From NCBI RefSeq assembly GCF_006345805.1, contig NC_043000.1:16616001-16680000 (forward strand): a DNA stretch of 64,000 nucleotides. Reading direction: 5' to 3'. This DNA comes from Octopus sinensis. Lineage: Eukaryota. Numbering within the stretch: position 1 is the first letter of the stretch; every line of letters starts with the position of its first letter. The notes below the pieces were generated by a model. It was given only the letters and a program-made list of their open reading frames with translations, searched no databases and had not been told where the DNA came from. The position numbers were made by a program, and so were the translations under genes. Positions 23,701 to 34,039 of this stretch are shown in pieces.

Positions 23701-26700
23701 ACGATGTAATTGTTCAAGATCCACTGGAAGATCAACATGGTAGACACCAAATGGACCAGTAGGTTTGGTAACTTTAGTATCTGGCAGCACTTCACCAGTT
23801 GGTACATCATAATATTCATCATGATCTTCAGGTTTCCTCATTTCTACGTGTGGAATATCTGGAGCAGACAGCTTTCCAATGTTATAATCTTGATCAGATA
23901 GGTTTTGTTGACTATACGAAATGTTGGCATCAACTAGTTCAATGCTATCAACTGATTGATCAATAGGATACTCTCCATTTTGAAAGGAAGGTTTCTCAAC
24001 ACGGTGCAAAGTTTCCAGAGCAACAGGCTGGTCTACATGATATACACCTCCACCAACCGAGCGTCTGACATTTTGATCAGTAGGAATAGGGACTTGCTGA
24101 TGAATTTGATCAACAGATGACTCAACTACAGGAATGTCTTTACGAGAGAGTGGCTCTACAGGTAGCTGGTGATCTTGACCTGGAAAAACATCAACAGGTG
24201 TGGTACGATACTCTCCAATAGTGTGTTCAATACCTTCTGGGAAGTCTTGAGTAGTTGGGATGTCAGCTTGAGTAAGTGATTTGTCAATATCTTGAGAGCT
24301 GACTGGACGAGAAGGTGGGTCAACACGATGTAATTGTTCAAGATCCACTGGAAGATCAACATGGTAGACACCAAATGGACCAGTAGGTTTGGTAACTTTA
24401 CTATCTGGCAGCACTTCACCAGTTGGTACATCATAATATTCATCATGATCTTCAGGTTTCCTCATTTCTACGTGTGGAATATCTGGAGCAGACAGCTTTC
24501 CAATGTTATAATCTTGATCAGATAGGTTTTGTTGACTATACGAAATGTTGGCATCAACTAGTTCAATGCTATCAACTGATTGATCAATAGGATACTCTCC
24601 ATTTTGAAAGGAAGGTTTCTCAACACGGTGCAAAGTTTCCAGAGCAACAGGCTGGTCTACATGATATACACCTCCACCAACCGAGCGTCTGACATTTTGA
24701 TCAGTAGGAATAGGGACTTGCTGATGAATTTGATCAACAGATGACTCAACTACAGGAATGTCTTTACGAGAGAGTGGCTCTACAGGTAGCTGGTGATCTT
24801 GACCTGGAAAAACATCAACAGTGTGGTACGATACTCTCCAATAGTGTGTTCAATACCTTCTGGGAAGTCTTGAGTAGTTGGGATGTCAGCTTGAGTAAGT
24901 GATTTGTCAATATCTTGAGAGCTGACTGGACGAGAAGGTGGGTCAACACGATGTAATTGTTCAAGATCCACTGGAAGATCAACATGGTAGACACCAAATG
25001 GACCAGTAGGTTTGGTAACTTTACTATCTGGCAGCACTTCACCAGTTGGTACATCATAATATTCATCATGATCTTCAGGTTTCCTCATTTCTACGTGTGG
25101 AATATCTGGAGCAGACAGCTTTCCAATGTTATAATCTTGATCAGATGGAATTTGTTGACTATACGAAATGTTGGCATCAACTGGTTCAATGCTATCAACT
25201 GATTGATCAATAGGATACTCTCCATTTTGAAAGCAAGGTTTCTCAACACGGTGCAAAGTTTCCAGAGCAACAGGCTGGTCTACATGATATACACCTCCAC
25301 CAACCGAGCGTCTGACATTTTGATCAGTAGGAATAGGGACTTGCTGATGAATTTGATCAACAGATGACTCAACTACAGGAATGTCTTTACGAGAGAGTGG
25401 CTCTACAGGTAGCTGGTGATCTTGACCTGGAAGAACATCAACAGGTGTGGTACGATACTCTCCAATAGTGTGTTCAATACCTTCTGGGAAGTCTTGAGTA
25501 GTTGGGATGTCAGCTTGAGTAAGTGATTTGTCAATATCTTGAGAGCTGACTGGACGAGAAGGTGGGTCAACATGATGTAATTGTTCAAGATCCACTGGAA
25601 GATCAACATGGTAGACACCAAATGGACCAGTAGGTTTGGTAACTTTACTATCTGGCAGCACTTCACCAGCTGGTACATCATAATATTCATCATGATCTTC
25701 AGGTTTCCTCATTTCTACGTGTGGAATATCTGGAGCAGACAGCTTTCCAATGTTATAATCTTGATCAGATGGAATTTGTTGACTATACGAAATGTTGGCA
25801 TCAACTGGTTCAATGCTATCAACTGATTGATCAATAGGATACTCTCCATTTTGAAAGCAAGGTTTCTCAACACGGTGCAAAGTTTCCAGAGCAACAGGCT
25901 GGTCTACATGATATACACCTCCACCAACCGAGCGTCTGACATTTTGATCAGTAGGAATAGGGACTTGCTGATGAATTTGATCAACAGATGACTCAACTAC
26001 AGAAATGTCTTTACGAGAGAGTGGCTCTACAGGTAGCTGGTGATCTTGACCTGGAAGAACATCAACAGGTGTGGTACGATACTCTCCAATAGTGTGTTCA
26101 ATACCTTCTGGGAAGTCTTGAGTAGTTGGGATGTCAGCTTGAGTAAGTGATTTGTCAATATCTTGAGAGCTGACTGGACGAGAAGGTGGGTCAACACGAT
26201 GTAATTGTTCAAGATCCACTGGAAGATCAACATGGTAGACACCAAATGGACCAGTAGGTTTGGTAACTTTAGTATCTGGCAGCACTTCACCAGCTGGTAC
26301 ATCATAATATTCATCATAATCTTCAATTTTTGTAATTTCTACATGTGGAATATCTGGAGTAGACAGCTTTCCAATGTTATAATCTTGATCAGATGGAATT
26401 TGTTGACTATACGCAATGTTGGCATCAACTGGTTCAATGCTATCAACTGATTGATCAATAGGATACTCTCCACTTTGAAAGGAAGGTTTCTCAACACGGT
26501 GCAAAGTTTCCAAAGCAACAGGCTGGTCTACATGATAGACACCTTCACCAAGAGATCGTCTGACATTTTGAGCAGCTGGTAGATCTTCATGTACATCATC
26601 TGTATCCACTGGCAAATCAACATGATCCTGACCAACTGACATTTCCGCACTCGGAACATTTTTACACATGAATGTTTCAAGAGTTTGGTTGTCAGCTTGA

Positions 26701-27556
26701 TCAGATGTGAAATTATTATCTTGGAATGAATCTTCTTGTGGTAACTCAATACGTCTGATATCTTTGGTGTTTGGCTTCTGAATCTTTTCCTGGATATGTT
26801 GATCAACATGCAGTTCAACAGTTCCTTTGACCATTTGGCCATCAGTTACTTCAACATGGTTAAGAGGACTCTGTTCTTTTTGCTGCCTGTCTTGATCAAC
26901 ATGGTAAAAGCGTTCCAGCTCAAATGGTAAATCTACACGATATAGATTTTTGTCAATAGGTATCTGAGGCTTCTGAGTAGTTCTATTGGCATCATCATTA
27001 GACTTATCATCAATGTAAAAGCAAGTTTCTGTACCAGGAACTACCTCATCCATTTCATATTCCTCAAATTTGATAGTCTGGTCTGGGTCAATGTGTTTGT
27101 GCGTTGTCTTGATCTTGTGCACCATTCGAACATTCTGCACCTTACGCTCAACCACCTTACCAGAAGGAAGTTCTTCTGTTACTTTTTCAATCACACTTAC
27201 AGAACGAGGTGGCTGTTCAAAAGTCTCAATACTGTCAATAGTCTCTGTTCCAGGTACATCAATGTTTTCCTCAACCAATCTTTCAGTACCATCTTCTGAA
27301 ACAATTTTTCTCTTAACACGAGACAGTGAATGCTTTCGGATTCGCTTAACATGGTACATAGTACCATCCTCCAAAACCTTTTCATATTCTTCCACATCAG
27401 TCTTTTCTGTAGGAGGGGTTCTGAAAACTTCACCTTCTACCTTATTCTCTATTCCAGGGGATTTTACTCTCGCAGCCTCACGTTCTATCTGTGCACCACT
27501 GGGTGATTTTTTTTTGTGTTTTTTTCTTTTCATAGCATTGGCACGTTTCCAACGGC
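11784..27556 (-). CDS. Giant internal exon: 15,773 nt as assembled, 15,777 nt (5,259 codons) after repairing four 1-bp deletions
   Basis: Acceptor ttttgctttacag|GCCGTTGG gives (G)RWKRANAMKRKK, in frame with ORF 24780..27533. Donor CAAG|gtaatt follows KKKKTSSQ. ORFs 24780..27533, 19057..24633 and 11605..18750 are one repeat-protein frame broken at about 24820, 19079, 18872 and 18776. Confidence 0.9.
12220..13995 (-). repeat. Diverged ~150-aa coding duplication (13525-13995 and 12220-12660) bracketing the 48-bp array
   Basis: DQYCYYVDPP...GGQILTTVLTSDSDVGHLQEE...KDDLSSGQ versus DQYCFYINPP...GGQILTTVLTSDSDAGHLQEE...KDDLSTGQ. Confidence 0.9.
12660..13530 (-). repeat. 48-bp coding tandem repeat, 16-aa unit QHGDDHECRYGLKH(T/S)D
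   Basis: 13 full units at exact 48-bp spacing (13512 down to 12936), one 42-bp unit, one variant unit, then 3-4 degenerate units. Confidence 0.97.
15345..26560 (-). repeat. 624-bp coding tandem repeat, 18 near-identical 208-aa units plus a degenerate 19th
   Basis: The cgtctga landmark occurs at 26557, 25933, 25309, 24686, 24062, 23438, 22814, 22208, 21581, 20957, 20333, 19709, 19085, 18464, 17840, 17216, 16592, 15968 and 15344. Confidence 0.98.
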
Positions 27557-28346
27557 CTGTAAAGCAAAAATTACTGAAAGGTTACTAATGGCTGAAAAAT
27601 GATAAGCCAATAATCCAGACCGGAAGAGACCAGAGAGATAAGCTAATCAGAATTGAATTGAGAAAGACACTGTTATGGATGGACAATAGAAGACACATGA
27701 ATACCACCAGATATCAAGGATGTATGTGATTTATGGATCATGGGTGAATGCTTTGTAAGTATGCGTGTGTATATATACGCACACATATATACTTACATAC
27801 ACACACAAAATAAAATTTGCCAACATACACTTATATCAGTGTGTATGCATAAAGGGGAAACTGTAAACAAAACAAAAATATAATTTAACTACATTTGCTG
27901 AGTAATAAGTTGGAAATACAGAAAACAACCAAAGTTGAGCAATAAGAGATAATTAGTCTGCATATAGAGATTGCATAATTGAGAAAGTGTTAGATCACAT
28001 TGAGAAGAATGATGAGAAGTTAGAATAGCAATGAACAAGTATAAAAAGAAGTGGTGCAACAGAGTTGGAAAGAAGCAACTTCGGTTTTCCTAAACAGAGT
28101 GAAGAATCCTCAACAAATTCCCTAATTCACCTCATCCCATTTTGCCACCCTGATTGCTAACAGGAAGTCATCTGTCTCAGTGGAGAGTGACTTCCATCAA
28201 TGTATCTGATGCCATTCATTGGTCTCTGTAAATGGTCAGTGATAATTTCTTTGCTATTTTTGAAGAACACTGCAACATTACTGGTGGTTGTTATATCATT
28301 TATACATAGAGATAGTAATTATCCAATGATATTAGCCTATAATATA

Positions 28347-28896
28347 CAGGGTGTCGCCCCCAAAATTGACATCATTTGAAATGTGAATATCTGAGTAATT
28401 ACATGTCCAAAGTATACGAAATTAAATAGGCTTCATGTTGAACAATAAAAGATTTATTTATCAAAATTTGAACAAGAGATTTAGAGGGGTGTAGATCTTA
28501 TAACTGATTTCACATAGTTTCACAAATGTTCAATATGTGCACCACCTGTGACAGGACACAAATCAATTCGATAGTCCAGCTCCTGTCAAACATGCTGTAG
28601 CATGTCTTGTGAAACATTCTCCAGCACCTCAGTGATTTTCTACTTGAGTTCTTCTAGGCATGTAGGAAGAGGCGAGATATAGACCAGCCTTTTTACATAG
28701 ACCCATAAAAAAAAAAATCACAAGGTATCCAGTCAGGTGAATGTGGTGGCCATTTCAACAGCACATTGTCCTTATCACTCGTATGCCTAATCCAAACTTA
28801 GATTTTACACATTTTGTTAAAATTTGAGATAATTTGAGCGAGAAGTGGCTATGTTATTAGACAACAAAATGATGTCAATTTTTGGGGGACACCCTG
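28347..28896 (-). mobile_element. Internally deleted Tc1/mariner-superfamily DNA transposon (550 bp)
   Basis: About 30-bp TIRs (cagggtgtc..caaaattgacatcattt), TA at both ends, and a decayed transposase C-terminus WPPHSPD.IPCDFF...DYRIDLCPVTGGAHIEHL with stops and a frameshift. Confidence 0.9.
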
Positions 28897-29257
28897 TATA
28901 TAAGCAATAGCTATTCATACACACACACACACACACATTCATACATTTTGTTGTACAAAGTCACGTGAGTGCTCAATATGTCCTTGTGCTATAAGTAGAG
29001 TCAGACATGTATTTATCAAATGTTAGGCACACAGGTTACATATACAAACACCAAAGTTTCTTCTGTTGTTCTTTTCAGTTCTCAGTCTACGGACATGTGC
29101 AGTCAACCAAAAGGTCAAATGAACTAAACCTTGGTCTGGATATGTAATCATGTTTACCTCACATATCACACACACACACACTCTCTCTCTCTCTCTCTCT
29201 CTACAATGTTATTTTAATGTACATTCATGATGTACAAATGGAAGAGAAAGTACTTAA

Positions 29258-29479
29258 CCCTTTAGCATTCAGATTAGTCTTTCAAATGTAGTGCTTATTT
29301 ATTCACATTGTTTTGAATTAATCATGCATTATCTCATAGTTTCAAGATTTCAATGACGTGATTGAAAATTTCTTTTTAATGATATTGTAGGGGAGGTATG
29401 AAAGGTCAAATCTGGTCAGTTTGAACATAAAACAGGCAGAATATTTTGGCCAGATATGGTCAGTTTAAATGCTAAAGAG
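29258..29479. mobile_element. MITE with TTAA target duplication (piggyBac-like ends)
   Basis: TTAA|ccctttagcatt ... aatgctaaagag|TTAA; 11/12 terminal inverted match. Confidence 0.7.
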
Positions 29480-30679
29480 TTAATACATGTCTTAGAGTTG
29501 TTTGTAAGTAAATATACATGACTACATCATCTATGTCTAATATTTATGCATGTGTGGATGTGTATGTTGTGTGTGTGTTCTGTAAATATTATGGCTCCAC
29601 ACTGCTTCTCTTACACACACACGAGTCTCATTTTCTAATACTTTCTTCTGGGTTTTTTTCATGTTTGATCTTTGTCTTGCGGTTCATGAGTTTGAATGAG
29701 AGATAAGCTTACAACTATTATATATCTTCACATCAGCCTGCCCATCCCAACTCTGTCATCGACACAGGCCAGAACTATGTCAAAATAGGAGTTAACCAAG
29801 AAGCTGTCCAGTAGTTACTTGAGCGGCTAGAAATAGCAGCCAACTTGCCCTCAAACCACATATTACTGTTTTAAAGAGAAGTTGAAGAACCAACTGAATA
29901 ATGTAGTCCTAGATGTATAAAAAGATAGGATGATTATGCCAAGGTATTGTGAAGTTTAATGCCATTAGATAGTCAGTGATAGATAAGATATATCTGTGAG
30001 ATATTAAGTGACTAGAAAGAAAATACAAAATTACAAATCAGCAAAGAGCCTACCTATATAAACTGCCTATTATTTATTATTGTTTCAAATGCTGGTCCCA
30101 CAATTTAGAAACAAAAGGAATGTAGCTTAAAGAGCGAAATTATTAAAAAAGACCCTGAAGAAATTTAATTGAATTCATTTGATCTCCAGTTTCCTTACTG
30201 TAAATCTAATGGAAAATTGTTGAATCAGGAACCTTATCAGCAATACATGAACCACAGACAAGAGTCTCTATGGCTGTCATTTCTACCTGACTTGCTAGAA
30301 ATGGTAACTATAGCTTTCTCAAATCATACTCTAGAACATCCTCAAAAAAAAAAAAAAAAAAAAAAGGAATGACACATTAGGTTACTTTGTCTTAGATACA
30401 TGATGTCTAAATGAAAGACAGGAAGGTAGGTTGATCGTCTAAATTTGGAAGAGCTAGATTGATTGGCATCAAAACATGACTAGTAACAGTCAACTGGATA
30501 TCAGAAATGCTTTGTTTCACGTTACAAAACTTATGCAGTGGCAGCTTAAAGATAAATTATATGTCTGAATCTGAGATGGTTCATCATCAGTAATGTTTTC
30601 TGATTGTTGACCTCATCATAAAAAATTTACCACACTAGAAAACAAAGTTTTCTGTCAGCTTCATATTAGTTCTGCAAAT

Positions 30680-31064
30680 GTGGAGGCGCAATGGCCCAGT
30701 GGTTAGGGTAGCGGACTCGAGGTCGTAGGATTGCGGTTTCGATTCCCAGACCGGGCGTTGTGAGTGTTTATTGAGCGAAAACACCTAAAGCTCCACGAGG
30801 CTCCGGCAGGGGATGGTGGTGATCCCTGCTGTACTCTTTCACCACAACATTCTCTCACTCTTACTTCCTGTTTCTGTTGTACCTGTATTTCAAAGGGCCG
30901 GCCTTGTCACTCTCTGTGTCACGCTGAATATCCCCGAGAATTACGTTAAGGGTACACGTGTCTGTGGAGTGCTCAGCCACTTGCACGTTAATTTCACGAG
31001 CAGGCTGTTCCGTTGACGGATCAACCGGAACCCTTGTCGTCGTAACCGACGGAGTGCTCCTACC
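30680..31064 (+). mobile_element. Young tRNA-derived SINE, family A (about 385 bp)
   Basis: tRNA-like head with A/B boxes, near identical to the copies at 51622 and 61035; 13-bp TSD TAGTTCTGCAAAT. Confidence 0.92.
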
Positions 31065-31930
31065 TAGTTCTGCAAATCTTTCTGAAGCAGTACAAAATAC
31101 GATGATGTCCTCCTTATTTTAGACTGAATGCCAATATGACATGGGAGTGAATTACATCTTGGCATTTTCACTTAAAGGGTACAATAACTATTAAAAAAAA
31201 TAATTTTTGTACTAACCCTCAATCTACTGAGAGTTCAGATTCTATAATTAATACTATGCTAGACCTACGACCATAACACTTAATTCTTGTTGAAAGTGAA
31301 ATACTGTACACTCTAGGATCAGTGAGTAATGGGCAAGCATTTAGTTAACACTGCCAATTTCAAATCCTATCAATAGTGTAACTTTGAGCATAATGTTATT
31401 CCCTAAACTGGTATTTATATTAGTTACAGTACAAGAAGACAAAAACTTCAGTGATACCCAACAAGCCAATAAATTGTATGACAGCTTTAGATATTTCATG
31501 TCCTCTTTCAAAGGGAGAGCAAAATATTTAATTCAACTTACTTTAGTGTGCCTAGTTTAAGAACAGCTAGCAAATCTTTCAAGAGAAATTATCAATACTA
31601 GACTAGCAATGTACTTCATGGAAAGATTTGCATTTCTTTCTGTTACCATATCAGAAACTTGACTCTAAGGACAAATTGGATTTAACATTAAATAAATATG
31701 AAAACAGGATATTGATACACAGAAACTACATTTGGTTATCACTAAATACATACACACATTTCTTTCTTTCTCTCTCATATGTATATATTTCCCTTTCTTA
31801 TATCTGTGCCTAGAGAATCACACATTGAGTAAACCTGTTAACATACAAACCAGAAGGACTTGATGTGGAATGTAGGACGTGAAATAAATCCATTATTATT
31901 TAGAACTAATGAGAGAAAAATCAACAAGGA

Positions 31931-32172
31931 TGTCGTATATATGTATATGTATGTGTGTGTATCTGTGTTTGTGTGTCTGTGTTTGTCCCTCTAGCATTGC
32001 TTGACAACCGATGCTGGTGTGTTTACGTCCCCGTCACTTAGCGGTTCGGCAAAAGAAAGACCGATAGAATAAGTACTGGGCTTACAAAGAATAAGTCCCG
32101 GGGTCGATATGCTCGACTAAAGGCGGTGCTCCAGCATGGTCGCAGTCAAATGACTGAAACAAGTAAAAGAGT
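31931..32172 (+). mobile_element. 5'-truncated SINE, family C
   Basis: Matches the 3' half of the 33184 and 36370 copies, ending gcagtcaaatgactgaaacaagtaaaagag. The same tail occurs at 1-34. Confidence 0.85.
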
Positions 32173-33183
32173 TAAGGAGGCTAAAGAGTCGACAGACTAA
32201 TGCCTACTGAGCTTTCTTTGAAGCCCAATAGGCATTCAGTTTTCTTTGAAGATGAACTACATGTGCTTGGCAGAAGCTACTTAACAAGGGAAAGTCTATC
32301 AATATTTTGGCTTTGACACACTAAAACAATGAACTGAAGCATCTATTTAAACGACATGGTAATGCCAACAACAGAAAAATCAAACACCATTTTATTTAAA
32401 TATATTTCAGTTCTTATGTAGTGACCAGTAAAACAGACTCATTCTTTTCCCCATGTACTCTGCATGAAGTGGCTTTCATCCCTTTCTTATATCTGAGCCT
32501 AGAGAATAATACACTGAGTAAACCTGTTACAGGTGTTTGAACAGTAAATCTTTGTAAAGCCTGTCCACTTCACCAAAGAGGACAGGATGACTGACAAGAG
32601 CCCTTTTCAAGTACAATGCATACTGGTGCTCATGCTGTCACTACTAGTATTGGTGCAGCCATTACTACTACTACTACTACTGCTGGTGCTGCTACGACCA
32701 TCACAACCACCACCATCACCACCATTAACAACACTATGACCACCACAATTCAAACACAGAGGTTACTTTCATACCTTCAGCTCAAAACAACTGCATTTGT
32801 GCCTTGCTTGTGTACTTACATATCCGTGTGTATCTCAGAAAATTAGAATATCAATGACTATTCAAAGAAAGTTTATAGTTCTTATGCATAAGAGATGTGG
32901 TACAAGTGTTTCATTTTGTCTGTAAGCAATCTCACTAGTTTCTAGAATGATTATTTTAGACTAATATGTATGAGAGTACAGACCAATACAAGTTAACTCT
33001 CTGCATCTTAAAATGCTGCACAGATATTGTGCGATATTTGAGTAATACTTTCTTTGCCAATACTTTTATATAATTGTTATATTTGTTTGGGGCGCCCTGA
33101 AGGATGACTTGGATAGATGGATATATGTATTAACTATAACAACGCATAAAAGTGTGCATGTTAGTGTGTGTGTTTGGGTAAGT

Positions 33184-33581
33184 CGCAGGAGTGGCTGTGA
33201 GGTAAGTAGCTTGTTTACCAACCACACGGTTCCGGGTTCAGTCCCACTGCGTGGCACCTTGGGCAAGTATCTTCTACTATAGCCTCGGGCCGACCAAAGC
33301 CTTGTGAGTGGATTTGGTAGACGGAAACTGAAAGAAGCCTGTCGTATATATGTATATTTATATATGCGTGTGTGTGTTTGTGTGTCTGTATTTGTCCCCC
33401 TAGCATTGCTTGACAACCGATGCTGGTGTGTTTATGTCCCCGTCACTTAGCGGTTCGGCAAAAGAGACCGATAGAATAAGTACTGGGCTTACAAAAGAAT
33501 AAGTGCCGGGGTCGAGTTGCTCGACTAAAGGCGGTGCTCCAGCATGGCCGCAGTCAAATGACTGAAACAAGGAAAAGAGTA
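33184..33581 (+). mobile_element. Full-length SINE, family C (tRNA head, internal TA/GT microsatellite)
   Basis: Head ggagtggctgtg.ggtaagtagc...ggttcagtccc; collinear with 36370-36820. Confidence 0.9.
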
Positions 33582-34039
33582 AGTGTGTTTATGCATGTGT
33601 GTGTTCACTCTTCTTGTTTGTCTTTATGTCTGTTCTGTTTTCCAATACAGGACATATTATTGAGGTATTCCTTTTATAGTTGGATGCGCTTTCTGCCACT
33701 AACCCATACCAGCTTCTTACGTAAGGGATCTTCTCTTAATGCACACATTTTTGAGGGTGAAAAGTCAATGGACGGTTTGTTGACAGTAAATGGCAACAAT
33801 GTTGGCTTAGTGAGTTTTGGAGAAGTGCAAGTGTAAGCAAGCACACATATACACATATCTCTGTGTGTGTGTGTGTGTGTATATATAATGGGCGTCTTTC
33901 TATTTATGACTACTCTCAAGATTTTCGTTAACTTTGCACTATGGTAGAAGATACTTGCTGAGGATGCCATGCAATGGGACTGAACCCAAAACCATGTAGT
34001 TCAGAAGCAAACTTCTTAACTAGCCTCGCCATATATTTT

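Noticed and set aside
15015-26450. Recurring 80-106 aa ORFs (MMNIMMYQLVK..., MFKIHWKINMV...) in every 624-bp unit
   Set aside because: Off-frame and antisense by-products of the main repeat frame, not separate genes.
15345-26560. SxIP (EB-binding) motifs like those of vertebrate giant ankyrin-G
   Set aside because: Units contain QQIP, PDIP, ADIP, KDIP and VPIP but no S/T-x-I-P, and the context is acidic rather than basic.
11605-27533. Three separate genes for ORFs 11605..18750, 19057..24633 and 24780..27533
   Set aside because: They are one reading frame broken by four 1-bp deletions and bounded by a single acceptor and donor.
30200-30292. Candidate exon (A)SQVEMTAIETLVCG
   Set aside because: The acceptor is plausible, but the only phase-1 donor is very weak and read-through hits a stop.
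30680-30760. tRNA genes at SINE heads (also at about 51930 and 61035)
   Set aside because: They have A/B boxes but continue into a shared ~300-bp body flanked by TSDs, so they are SINEs.
33640-33836. Possible plus-strand exon or minus-strand ORF next to a SINE
   Set aside because: A fair plus-strand acceptor exists, but there is no partner exon, no recognisable product and no phase-1 fit to the main gene.
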